Below, piece by piece: positions 51,356 to 64,000 of a stretch of DNA of 64,000 nt (positions are counted from its first letter, which is position 1; every line of letters begins with the position of its first letter). A program made the position numbers and the translations under genes. Under the pieces are notes generated by a model. The model ran no database searches, was not told the DNA's origin, and worked only from the letters and a program-made list of their open reading frames with translations. The DNA lies in contig OZ260665.1 in NCBI GenBank assembly GCA_965285935.1, positions 53,258,001-53,322,000 of the forward strand. The letters are read 5' to 3'. This stretch comes from Ophelia neglecta (lineage: Eukaryota).

Positions 51356-54300
51356 GTAAGCCACTTCAATTAACAGGCCTAATCTCTCCTATAAACTATC
51401 TCTTTCCTACCTATAATTCATTACATTTGCTTAGCTCAAAACCTCTGCAAACATCGAAAAGCTCCGGTAGCCAGGGACTTTATGTACACGCTTAGGGCAC
51501 ATATATCAGAAATTCGTGGCATTTTGACCATGCATTCCGAATGCCAAAAACCTCGACTAGGCCTCGGATGTCCCTGTTTCCGAATGACCGAAATATATGT
51601 AATGCCTTCTATCTGGTTTAATAACCTTTACCTTAGAGCACTTACAGCGCTTTGTACTCGATTCGGTGGTTATTTTCACACCCCTTGCCATAATTATATG
51701 CGCGTCCCAATTTTAAAGTATATCATAACTACACTATTGACATCCCATATCAATCTGTCGTTTAAGGCTGAACATCAATCCATTCTATGGAGTACGTCAA
51801 TCTTCACTTGTTAACATTACTAAATCCATTTGGCTAGTATTTTAGTAGGCCTGTATATATAGGCCTAAGTTAAAGGGTATATTAAATGACTTCATTATTG
51901 ATAACAAATAAGAAGTGACAGGTTAAAAAATTAATGTAACGTAATGTATTGTATATTTTATAAATGGCTTAACTGCTGCGTGCTAGTCTGAGCTGTACCA
52001 TGGCTATTCATATTGAACACTAGAGTCTAGCAACAACCTGTACGTTCAAGATTAATTCCATATAAAATAACTACCACTTAGTCGTAGGCCTAGCTCGATA
52101 ATGATCTCATCCACTCTGTACGGGAATTAAATCAATTACTTAACCAGCTAATCAGTTATATCTACCACCCCCCACCCCCACCCCCAACCCGAGCACCACC
52201 TCCTAGATTGCAGCACAGGAGGAAATTACTCAATGAGTCAGATTATTTAACCTTTAGATGGCATTCGACAATTCTTTTTTCAAATTCCACATTGTTGAGC
52301 AGAAGATTTAGATACATATATAAACATGTCTACCCTCAATGTGAGCTCGGAAAATGTATGATCCAAAAAATCTTCAGATGTTTTATCTACGTGGTCCTGA
52401 GTCGGCTCTAAAGATAAGGTTTTCTGACCAGTTTTAGCTAGTGAGTGTACTGTTCAGATGGTGTATACCAGGCGACAAAAAGTTCTTGTTTACTATTGTC
52501 TGGTAACTATGGGATGCAGCACGTATGTACAATGAGCCATTGACAATTTCCAATCGCAATGGTTTTGTTAAATGAGAGTTTGGGACATCAATATTTTCTG
52601 TACGTTGATCAGAATAATAAGACATTATATTCGTAAAAAGAAGATCAACCTGTATTGGCATTAAGCCAGACTTTTACTTTTTACAGATGTTAAATGCTAA
52701 GGATTGGTCAAAAAAATGTTTGTTTTTAGGGGATGCACGTGGGAGAAATAAGTTGAATACCTTTACTTATGCATATTATCTTTCACCAATCACATTGTAC
52801 AGCCAAAAGCTATCAATCAAACCTGAATGATCATTGTGGTAGTGACTGCCAAAATATCTGACCAATTTCTTTATAATGCCGTGAGATAAAATAATTATGT
52901 TAGTTTCGTGTCAAAAAAGGCCAGAGGATACTGCTCGAGACCGAATTTATTGTCAAGGAAAATATATACGTGTTCTGCCCAGCCTTTGATCGGGGGTCTA
53001 GCCGATGAGAGTTATTTATGATTGTGCCAGTCTCCACCCGTTGGCACAACATAAGTAGTCAACATCGCAGTTATAGGCCTACTTCTAATAATAAGATAAA
53101 ACCTGGATCAGTGCTCGGGGATTCTGCCAAATTATGGGAGTATGAGGTGCTGAACATATGTGCGTTCGAGTTTTTTCAGGCATATTTATAAATACCAAAG
53201 TGCCAGGACCAGAAAATAGTGTTTTCGTAAATGATCCAGTTGTCTGAGCTTGGACTATAACTATGTGGATAGGTGGAGGTGGAGTCACATTGCCATCCGG
53301 GGGTCCAGACATTGCCTTCTTGACCGTAAACAACTCAGACTCTATTCAAGTCTTTAAGCAAAACCTCTTAACCTCAATTGGTCTAATTTCAAAAGAATGA
53401 TAAATGCGAGCATGTGTTAAACTATAGGCAATGAAATTGACGGATCGATGCCTAGTTTATGAGATTTCTTGAAATCGATATTACCTCAAAAGCATGATGC
53501 CTTTCTAACATGTCTACATGATGTAGATATAGGCCTAGCTATGACAAAAAAAGGTCTGCAATAATTCAGCTAGCAATAGATGTTAGCTTATAGTGATTGA
53601 GACATGCTTACATCGCTGAAATTGCTATCTGACCACTTGAGACGGCAATAATTCTCCAACTGACCAAAGTGCAAAGGTATACATATAATTGGTCTCACGC
53701 GATAAGCTGTTTATAATAACCAGGTACCTATAGTAAGGGAATCAAATCAATGACTTTAATGTCTCACCTAGAGAGGGAGGCTATGAGCCTTTTAGAAATA
53801 AATAGGCATGCACAGTACGTCACACAATGTAATATGTATAATTAATATATATGTATAGCTTCATTTCAATTAATTATCTTGCAATATATGTACGTCTTAG
53901 GCAATTCGGTTTTAAACCGTGATTCCCATATAATACACTAGGCAATGAACGATATAACAACTTGGTGTTTATTTAATAACGTTGAGCGATCTCAATTTCG
54001 ACCGCGTGATTTCCGACCTGGTTTTGATAGAACCATGCTATAGGCCTATCTGTTATATGTAGTTCTATATGCCTCTGTAGTGGTTTGATATGGACTGTGA
54101 ACAAACCCAAATCTCACGGGCCTGTACATTGGGCCATGTGAGGTACGTGGGGTTCCTTTAGGAGACCGCTGAACCTAAGGGAGACTGGTCAATAGTCAAG
54201 GTTACCAACAATAAAATAGTACATCATAGGCATTGGGAAAGGTGCAAAATGTTTATGGAGCGTTGCTAATGATGAACACATCGGTGCAAGTGCTATTTGC

Positions 54301-55647
54301 ATCAAAATGATATCAATGCCAATTAATTCCCATAACCTCTTTACCATATTCCTTAACTAGTAGGTCTAGAAGCATTTGATATTGTAATCCTAAACATTAC
54401 GGTTACCTGCATCAGTCCCTTAACACGATCATAAACATGCCATCGATTTTAATTCAATGGTTTTGAATTTCATTCCATTGCCCTAGATGTGTAGCAGCTG
54501 CGCGGCCAAGCTATTTATCTTATCCAAAATAATTATTAGTTTAGGTAGAACATCAACCCAATTCTGTTCGTTTTATTTTTACATTCTGTGGGAGAGTTGA
54601 TATTTAAAAGCAGACGACAACCCCACATCACCTAGGCCTACATTGATGGGCATAAACAGTTCTCTGTACACTTCTGCTGTTTTCTTAGCTTTTGTCATCC
54701 CAACCGTCTTTTCTGCCTCATTGAATACACGAGCTTATTCTTTGCACTGATGAATAACTAAGGATGCCTATGTACTGGTTTCTATCGAATACTTAAGGCA
54801 TTATGTTGTAATTATGAATGCAAGGGAAATTCTGTTAGTAAGCATTAATTGGAAAAACAGCTCCAGGCGTACATGTTCGCGATAGGTGTGCATGGTACAT
54901 CATACACACAGGGCAAATTTATTGGTACTCCGAAGTTTTATAGTAAGGCCGGTGGAAATTATTATTTAACTGGAAAACTTCTTGTCATAGAAGTAAATAA
55001 CTGAAAAAGGTAGTAACCTCTGCTGCTAGAATCAACTATGTACGTTCCTAAGTTTTAATATAACATTTCAGAACGCATGAAATATGTGACACATATCTAT
55101 ATGATGGATGAGTGGTGTTGCATTATTGCCTTGCCAGACACTGACAGCCACCATTAAGGTTTTAACAATTGTTGCACAATAATTATCTGCAAAACACAGT
55201 TTTTTTCTGCTTGTGCCGTCAACATAGTACTAATATAAACTATCTGGAAGCCTGTGGGAAAACTGTTGAATGTGAACATCCCACCTTGCCTAATGAGGTG
55301 CATATGGGAGTAAGGAAAGGTTCTTCCAATTGTACCCAAACGTGTCAGGATATTACTGGGCCTACCTATAATATTGTTATAGGTGTTTTACAGCTAAAAT
55401 GACAATAGTTGTCGGCCAAACTAGTGTACAATGTCAGGCTCTGCTCGATATCTACACTTATTTATCTTTGTCCGGTCTTTGCACCTTTCTGTTTAGTTGT
55501 CAAACAAGAAGATATGACCTCGGCTGTAGTACTGTCAATTCTGAAGATTCTTGGTGGTACGTGAAAACTACCAGTACACAATGACTAGTGGTGACTGTTG
55601 GTCGTATTTTCGTAATCATAACTAGAATTTAGTCTATCAAAACGAAT

Positions 55648-55745
55648 GGGTATGTAGCACAATGGATAGAGTCGCCGGTATCGCTGGGTTAGGTGGATGG
55701 TACCGCAAGGGCTGTGTGTTCGAGTCCTAGCCAAGTAACAACCAC
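55648..55745 (+). mobile_element. tRNA-derived SINE head / tRNA pseudogene
   Basis: Pol III A-box TAGCACAATGG (55655) and B-box GTTCGAGTCC (55718); acceptor stem cannot pair, so not a functional tRNA; A-rich sequence follows. Confidence 0.55.
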
Positions 55746-57689
55746 ATATGAAATTTCAAAAAAACGGTAAAACAGTACGAATATCAAATATGAACAATAA
55801 TAATTTTACACGAATGTATAAATGAAGACCAGAGATATGGTCTGGCAGTTATTCATATAGACACGATTTCTAAAGATAAACTATTGAAATCTTTGTAACC
55901 TACCCTTACCGTTTCAGGAAAATAACAAACACATTTAGCTTTCATTATTTTTTTTTTATTGTCCCTTCTCTAGAAGAAGGAATTCGATGAATAATTGACG
56001 AGTACTTAAATTATCAACTTAACCATGAATGCTTCCATATAATTTCTAATAAAATATTAGGAAAATGGGGCCTAGGCCTTAATTTGGGAAGTAGGCCTTA
56101 AGGTTGGGGGAATTAAGCATATTCGCCAGCCTATACAGAGTTGTCGAAGTAACCAAAAGCGATTTTGTTCGATTTTGTGCTGTATAATTTACTTCCAACA
56201 AAACATGAGACGACTTTTTATGACACACAGAAAGTGCTGCCCCACCTAGAGATTGGGTGGGCGTGAATACTATATACCTCAGAAGCAAGCCAAGCCACGA
56301 GAGCTGGTAGGGACTCGCATGACGTATTGGGTATCAATTATACTACAAATATGACCTTGAAATGGCACTTGTTGGAAAAACATTGCTCGCTGGTACTAAC
56401 ATGACAACTGGATACTGTTACAAGTAATCACGCTATAAACTTATTTTATGTTATTACATTCTAGAAAAGGAACTGTTTATATTTGTTGTATTCGGATCGC
56501 ATATTATTAATGTATACAACGACAATTACCAAGTTATCTTATTAACACAATTGATAAAGACGAAAACATTATTGTGAAATAATTAAATGATGGATATGGA
56601 CGATATGATATTACTTTTCTGAAGGTGTTTACCTGTAGAGAAGTTACTGAGACCGGCTTCCTTTGAACAGAACCCACCTTAAAATAAAATAAAAAGTACA
56701 TGTCATTGGATGTTATAGATCAGACATGGCAATGTATGTAACAATTTAAAACAAAAGCAAAAATTACATATAAAGAGTGGGCAACAGTACAGTGCAATCC
56801 TGTGGTGGGCTAATGATTTCAAAACAGTAGCCTAGCAGTGCATAAATAATACATTAAGCTGCTTTAATGTTATGTAAAAGAGCCATCTCCTACTTAACGC
56901 ATGGCTTGTTATTGTAAACATTGCCTTAAAATTAAATCTTTGATGTGAGCCTACATAGCAATGAAGCAATCAATGGTGTATGTTGTAGTTCAGGTAAATG
57001 TATAAACTTAATTTGATATCCCTTGTGCATGGTTGCATGGTAACTTCATATCTGAGAGACGTAAATATGCATTTCCTGACTAATTTGCCTGCATGCCTAC
57101 CAGGGGAAGGCCTGGAGCCAGGAGGCATTTTCATTACTCCTGAACAAAAAGTTTGCCAAGTGCGATTTATATTGAATGTGATGTAAAAAGAAAGAATCAT
57201 AAATAGATAAAGTTGTGCACAAACATGTTTGGTCGTAGTTGCATGGAAGCAACTAGTAGGGAATGCATCATTATTGCAAAAATGCAAGAGATTTGCATAA
57301 ATATCTGGATAAAGACAGTAGCCTTACTGTATGTGTCGAGACATGCTTGGTTATTTGAAGTAGGCTATTGGGTCTGAGTTTATCTCTTTAAATGTGACAT
57401 AAAATGACAAAAAATAATCTCCGTTTATAAACAGAACAAGTAGCTTTTAATCCCCTAATTTCCTAAACATGTTTAAGACCCAAATGGACCATATGGTGTT
57501 TATGTGTCCTAAAATGTTTGGTTAGAACACCAATCACTCTATTAATTCTGATTCTGTCAGGGTTTTTTTTTATTTTGACGAGCAACGCGACAGTTTCTGT
57601 AGCATATGTATTCATTTCACATTTGGTTATTTGAAGTATTTAAATATTTTGTAATCGACTGTCTTAACATCTGCTCATTCAGTTTGGCT

Positions 57690-57880
57690 TAACACTTGTT
57701 TGGAAACAATAAGTCGTTTTTTGTCAAGTGATGGCGCTCGTCCTATTATAATATTTGTGCCCTCCAATGCCAAGTATTTCCAGGCCCCTAGCCATATTGG
57801 AGAGGTACAAAGGCGCAGAGTCTCATTAATACGTGAACTGTCAGCCGTAATTACTGTGTTCGAAATTATAAATACCCATG
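57690..57880 (+). mobile_element. Decayed CR1-type LINE ORF2 C-terminal fragment
   Basis: Frameshifted ARPII..., LAILE(R)/VQRRRVSLIRELS, ITVFEIIN resemble the CR1 consensus VRPILEY...LERVQRRATKLI.EL...L...FKI.N. Confidence 0.5.
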
Positions 57881-59171
57881 TGGCAGGTGACTGAAAGTGA
57901 TTTAGTTTCACCAGGATCTTGGCTCTAGCTCTGTCGATGAACAAATTACCAGTTGTCTTTTTTTGTCTTATAATTTACCTATGATCAAAGCTTGATATCT
58001 GACAAAACGTCAGCCTGGCTCGGCAAAGTTGAGAAATACGCAGAAAAGCTATGGGGCCTATATTTGCCAAAGATACATGTTGTCTCTAGGCGCATATAGC
58101 CTAGATGGGATTGTAATGTCCTTTGTAGATGGAGATTCTGATGTTTGTTTAGGCGGAAAAAACCCGAATTTCAATGCGTCACAACAGTTTTTCTCTTTAA
58201 GAACAACCAAATTTGTTTTATATGCACTAAGCACACTATATTTTGAACAATAAACATTTCTCTGTCGACATAGGTCATTTTCGCCCAATAAGTAGACTCG
58301 GTAGGCTTATAATAATCTTTGAAGTCAAAAAATATGTGTGGAATGAAGATAAAAACTCGTATATTATGCGTAACTTAAACAATACAAACAACGTAAACAA
58401 ATAGAAATTATATGTTTTTAGAATTTAGATATTTTTCTTAAATATTAACTTTTGAGCCTGCAGTCCGATGCGTTCAATTCATTTCTTCGTGCAGGGAGGC
58501 GACGTTTTCATTTCACTTCAATGGTCTGTCAAGAAGAAAGCACTGTATAAATTTGCAATTGTAGCCACTTTCCTTGCCATTCAAAATAGGGCGATTGGCG
58601 ACTGAACAAATAGGGACTTTTGTGATATTCTCATGCCGACAAAATAACTGTTTGTAATTTCCAGCTTTATTGGAGCCATATATCAATAACAAAAATTGCA
58701 GTGTCTATACACTAATGGGGAGATTTATTTCTTCCTTATACCACCAAGGAACCAGACTTTAACTAGAGCCAGAGGACCGTCCTGGTTGAATCAGGTATTT
58801 CACGACTGATCTGACTTAAACATGTTGAAACAATTCACCATCGGCTTATGGTATAGTTAAATAAACTTTAAGCATTAACCTAGGGATGACTTTAACAAGC
58901 AAGAAATTAATAACCATCATATCGTTGGCTATTAAATAAATCATTTGTGTGACACAAGAATGAGCACAATTCAAAGCACAACCAATCTACCACTAAACTT
59001 GGGTTCCCTCGAATTAGTCTAATCAGCAACATGTGATCATCAGAGGGGTAAAGCCGTCATGCTCAATCCTAACTATCATGACAGACAGTAAGTGAAACCA
59101 GGGCCTCCTTTCCAACAACAACAACAAAAACAACAAGACACGACCTTGACCTCGGGAGCCCTATCACGATC

Positions 59172-59455
59172 TGTCTCAAACAGGACAGTTGTCAGGAGCA
59201 ATTAAATACTTACGATTATTTGGCTGTCCTCGAGTGCTGTAGACAGACGATAAATTGATAATTAATACAATGACTGGGATTATAAATTGACCACCCAGTT
59301 AAAAGAAATCAATCCAAGTCAAAGATGTCTTGTCTGATCTAGGACAGTTTTCGGAGACAAATACCTACTTACGATAATTTTGCTGTTGATAAAGTTGATA
59401 ATTTATACATTGACTAGGACTAAGATTGACCATCCCAGAGAAAAGAAAACAATCA
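59172..59455. repeat. Diverged tandem duplication, period ~159 bp
   Basis: AGGACAGTT...TACTTACGAT.ATTT.GCTGT...TTGATAATT.ATACA.TGACT.GGA...ATTGACCA...AAAAGAAA.CAATC at 59182 and 59341. Confidence 0.75.
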
Positions 59456-62400
59456 CTGTCAAAGCTGCATTACAGCGGAAACTTATATTGGTCAGTTACG
59501 AATAACAGCCTAAATTTTAATTTGCTAGAAGTTATGTTTACTTTTTTTTTACTGATGATGATGTTGAAGAAGCTGGGATACAAAATTCTTATATCCCAGG
59601 AAGAAGGAGAGAAACTCAGAATCATAGCTTTAAGCATCCAATGAGAAAGTTGGCTATGTGACAAATGTTTTTGAGCAGTGTGATATATGGTATTTTTGTG
59701 GGATAACTGTGTATTATGTTTACCCATAGATCAATTCAGAGTTGGCCTAAAGATGACACATGTCCTAGGGTTCAATTGTTGGTGTAGTTGGTAAATGACT
59801 GGACATGTAGATTTCTACCAGGTCGTATTTAATAACTGCTGTGGGTCTGGTGTATGATGGCGTGCCAGTGTCTGTTTGTGTTGTCCTATAAAGGCGAGGA
59901 TGAAAGCGCCTATTACACATTTTATGTCTACAAAAGGCTCTGAATATCCAGTTGACATGGACGGTTTAAACATAACCAGGCTGTGCCAATTTCAAGTACA
60001 TGGAAGGGTTGTTTGGATCATTAGTTTCTTGTCTGAATGCTTTTCTTGTATAAAGACTTTTCTCACATCAATTTTTTAAGTGGTCCATGAAAAAATATAT
60101 GTATGTTATTTAATTATCGGCCTTAGGTCATATATATCTAGATGTGGCTTATAAAAAGGTATTGGTAGTCCACAAAACTATATAGTTGACTGTCATGATG
60201 TGATCACGAGGTTACTGTCAAGTTCTATTTGTTTGCTGCATATCGGTAAAAAAAACGAATGCAACGACATAAATAGGACATTGTCGATATTTCACCTATT
60301 AATTATTTTAAGTGACTTCGTTTATAGGTCGCTACATTTAAAACCGAAAGATGTGACAAGTTATTTTAGATGGTCACAGAGCACGTTTTCAGGCGGCCTA
60401 CGGAGAGGTACATTTGTGGTTAATAGCCAATATGAAAACATTTTTAAGTGTTTGCCCTGATACGTGGAGGGTAGATGGATTGTTTGACAACATTATGAGC
60501 ATTGTCATTCTCAACTTCACCTTCACTAACTTTCTTATCTCAGGCGTCCTCCCGACCTTTATCATGTTGATCAATATCTTATGGTAACCCACGTGTCAAG
60601 TGTGTGAAGCCACACGTATTTGTTATCAAAATAACCTGTAAGAAAAGGGAAAATCGAATTCAGCATATGTTTTTTAAAATTACTATTAGGCAACCACGTC
60701 TGCTGTTTGTTTTATTATACCATTGGTTCAGTTGATAAACACAAGCATTCGCTTATATAAACCAGCTATTTGATAGTATATGACATAATTCTTAGATGCT
60801 GACAGCCATCGGTATTGTACATATTTTACAATTGAAATGTTGAAATATGTTACCTGTGCAGATCCTTAGTGTTTTATTTTATAAATTAGTCTCTTCTAAT
60901 CATCTTATATGATCAGACTTGAACCGACATTAGAAATTTCTATACGTGTATTACTACATAATGATACATGCTTAAAATAATCAAAAACAATTTTGGTATA
61001 TAAAGGCCTAACATGGAGCGTGCACAATACCTATGTGCATTACACAAAACAGCAAATCATAATAGGCTATTAAAAGTCCCACATCCCTGGGTGTGAATGT
61101 GATGTGTACGAGGACAAGCATCATAAACATATGACTTTACAATGCTTTGTCGCCAGCAAGTCCATATTCCAATCTTTATACAAGGTATAAATCAATAAAA
61201 TGTCTTTCATTTTTATTATGGTGCTAAATTCATATAAATGGGGGCGTGGACGCGAAAAGTGTCCGATTGCAATACCAGTTCTAATAAATAAACAGCATCA
61301 AAAAGAGACACAATTTTCATCATTTTGCCAAATCAATTTTTAACTAATTTAATTTTTGTTCATTCGATTCGGACCTTTAGGATTTCTAAGGGCATATCTC
61401 AGCACTATTTAACCCTTTCACCATGCATCCGTGACCTATATTTTCCTTTTTTTATGTGTAATACGAGTCAATTTTGAGGTACAAAGTAATATTATTCCAA
61501 TCATTGGTAGAATTAATGTTAGTTTCAATTTACGGTGAGGCAAAGTTGCCGCCAGAGATGCTTTAGCACAATCCCTGAGGTAAAAGGTCAATAATACCCT
61601 AAATTAAGGCCATTTTTGCCCCTTTTGCTTCATTTTCAAAAAATCGGCAGATTGTCCTGTTGAAACTTTTGCTGATAGCTCAATATTGATCTGTGGTCAC
61701 TAAATTTGTTGTGGATCATCTAAGGCTGTTGGTCATGATACATCTAGCTTGCATATTTTTTTAATGTCCGAAAACAGCTTCTATAACGACCATAATTGAT
61801 CATTTAATCCAATATGATGCATAAAAACTTATATTTTTGCATAAAAGTACCCGATTCTGTTGCCATGGATAAAATTTCAGGATATGTTTCTTAAGCAGCT
61901 CAAATATATTTGTAGATTAGTATTAGAGCATATCCATGTAATTATTGATATATAAGCATCACCGTATAAATGACAAGACTCCAGAGCTGGAGAGCTGGAG
62001 CATCTTTATTGTAGCCCCGCTGTCAAAGGGAAACTCGTACGAAGTTAATGTGCATCGCAATAGATATTTAGTACCACTTTACATGAATACGCAATATACT
62101 TTATTATATGAAGGCAAGATAACAAATCAAATCAGGGTCCTCTAGAAGACGATCATCAACCACCATGCAAGTTTAGTGAGTTGATGGGACGGTCCCAATA
62201 TAGACTTGGCGTTTAAATGGAACAGCCACGATCACAACTCACATGATATGATATCGTATTGCATTTCATCAACATTTTAATGCCTCATACTGGTTACTAG
62301 GGTTACGTTTACGTTTAACCGAAGTCAAATGATATGTTTTCCGGTGTTCATATCATTGACATTTCGTCTCACACAACTTAAGATCTTGTTTCCATATAAA

Positions 62401-62818
62401 TAAAACATTTTGCTGACGGGGAGTGTGGGGACCAAATCTCTGTGTTTGCCATAAAGCGATAATAATTTTGTCTCGCTTAAATCGACAAGTAAGTGATAAC
62501 ACTGACACGTCTGGCGGTAAGCACGATATTAGCACGGCAAGAAGTCGATATCCTCTACTTTCATATGTAACCATTGCTTAATTGCATTATTGATTTAAAA
62601 ATCAACATTTAGTAAGCATATCAAAGATTAAAAAATAAGAACATGCAATCAATTTCAAAAACGTTAAACAAGCTCGATAATTTACACCAGGAAAATCAAT
62701 GGGAATAAAGGTCTACAGGGGAAGATAGGTCTATATAGGCAGTTAAAACAGAAGCATAGTGTCTAACAATTAAGGGATTAAGTGATCCTGTAGTTTATCT
62801 GTCATTTTCGTTTTTCAG

Positions 62819-63032
62819 GGAAGCACCGAGGCCGTCGCATGCTGGGAGTGGGTATAGGTCCTTATACCTGTGTCTACTCGGTGGCAAGTGCCAGCCGAAT
62901 CTTCCCTCACATCACTATCAGCTGCCAGGCAAGTCACAAGCTCCAGGAGCTGCAGCAATGGGTCGACCGACGGGTCGACATGGGTAGCTGGTCGTCCATA
63001 TTCCAATACATAGCTGGATTAGAAGACAGCGG
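62819..63032 (+). CDS. NNMT/PNMT/TEMT-family methyltransferase-like gene, second coding exon (gene continues beyond the window)
   Basis: Acceptor TTTTTCAG|GG and donor GG|GTAGGT (phase 2). KHRGRRMLGVGIGPYTCVYSVASASRIFPHITISCQASHKLQELQQWVDRRVDMGSWSSIFQYIAGLEDSG aligns with NNMT [68 protein letters not shown]. Confidence 0.85.
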
Positions 63033-64000
63033 GTAGGTTTTCAGCAGTTAAATATATCGCCATTTCTCCTGTTAGCTTGAATTCAATATTCGTATTTTCA
63101 AACTCGCCTTACCATTTTACGGCAGCCATACATATGTTTATGCCAGGCAAAGAAATCGTTTCCTTTACCAGTCACTTATAATTAATATTCATTTTGTATA
63201 AGCCACAATGAATATCTTTCAAAGATCGAGGGTACAGAGTCGGGACAGGTTAGTTAAGGAAAACGGATGTACAAAAGTATTTGCAAGATTAAAAACTGTC
63301 TTCTCTGTCTTCGATTGGTTTTCTTTTTTGTACCATTACAAAACAAATTGCACAAAAATAAGTACTGTCAATTATTATTGGGGAAGCGTTGTGTTTGGAA
63401 AGCAGAGGAGGAGGGCGTGGCCATAAAGGCCGGGGACACTCAACCAACCTCTTTATGTTCCATAAGCAAATGGAAGTTAGATTTCTTTCTTTTTTCGTAA
63501 TATGCATAATACATTTATCAAAGCATCTTTGTTACGCATAGAGTACCATAATAAAAATGAGCATCCTTTATTATGGGAGACTAGACCATAAACCTTTGTA
63601 CTTACACAACACCAATAGTCATAAAATAAACCCAGAGTTTTGCTTATCCAGTATATACGAAATGTCATTTTGCGGGCATCATCTTGAAAAACAAACAACG
63701 GCACTGCGCGCATTTTAAGACCCTTTCAGAATGATATAATTCAATGATTTCTTTATGATCGATGTAATTCAAAACATACTTAAAACAGTTGATGTTTTAT
63801 TGTTCATTCTTTCCTAAAGCACGTACACCAAAATATGCATAACAGATCTTAACCAGTGAATGTTTCAATAAACGTGCAGTAATGTTAAATGGCGAAATAT
63901 GCAGGGAAAATAAAGTGTCTACGCTTCCCATAGACACATACAATAAGATACCAGATGCAATCAAATTGTACAAATGTGTCTTTTATTCTCTATATAAAAT

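Larger units (their letters stand above)
51356..62818 (+). other. Intron of the NNMT-like gene (11,463 nt, GT-AG, phase 1)
   Basis: GTAAGC donor and TTTTCGTTTTTCAG acceptor; the split codon G|GG gives Gly with an uninterrupted family alignment across the junction. Confidence 0.75.

Noticed and set aside
53085-53333. C-type-lectin-like words on + (KTWISARGFCQ, MWIGG, RWRWS) or a LINE tail on -
   Set aside because: Fragments lie in different frames with stops and support two incompatible readings; not distinguishable from chance by eye.
55648-55745. Functional intron-containing tRNA gene
   Set aside because: A and B boxes are present but the acceptor and T stems do not pair; kept only as a SINE-like head.
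2330-59560. Hammerhead ribozyme cores at the CTGATGA/CTGANGA occurrences
   Set aside because: None of those I inspected is followed by a stem II and GAAA with a pairing cleavage-site helix, on either strand.
59779-59830. Second tRNA-like head (TGGTGTAGTTGGTAA)
   Set aside because: A-box only; no B-box or cloverleaf.
61409-61950. piggyBac-like end TTAACCCTTT and following TE-like sequence
   Set aside because: No matching opposite terminus found in the window, so the element cannot be delimited.
63380-63500. KAEEEGVAIKAGDTQP as the next NNMT-like exon
   Set aside because: No good acceptor in the required phase and no match to the expected LR..VK.V..CDV motif.
361-63713. The many 60-130 aa ORFs in the six-frame track
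   Set aside because: No recognisable domains, many non-ATG starts, low-complexity AT-rich translations; expected by chance in intergenic and intronic DNA.

Overview
AT-rich eukaryotic (metazoan, probably marine invertebrate) genomic DNA, not prokaryotic: low gene density, GT-AG introns and many decayed repeats. I can support three protein-coding genes, all on the + strand. Two are tandem paralogues with single-exon CDSs (853-1839 and 20769-21788) encoding type II membrane proteins that align by eye with the Golgi carbohydrate 6-O-sulfotransferases (CHST1/3-7 group) but lack both PAPS-binding motifs. The third is a spliced NNMT/PNMT/TEMT-family methyltransferase-like gene that the ORF track splits into unrelated pieces (exon 51235-51355, 11.5-kb intron, exon 62819-63032, remainder outside the window); its SAM-binding residues are also substituted, and a 7-codon in-frame uORF lies just upstream. 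All three genes therefore look like open-frame transferase pseudoenzymes. Other features: a probable gene-conversion tract between the paralogues, a frameshift hiding a paralogue-like C-terminus in copy 1, a complete Helentron/DINE-1-type non-autonomous element carrying a 140-bp tandem array, Tc1/mariner- and hAT-like MITEs, a tRNA-derived SINE head, LINE remnants, minisatellites and a cluster of TAGGCCTA palindromes. Almost all other ORFs in the track look spurious. All homology calls are by eye against remembered family sequences; no searches were run.
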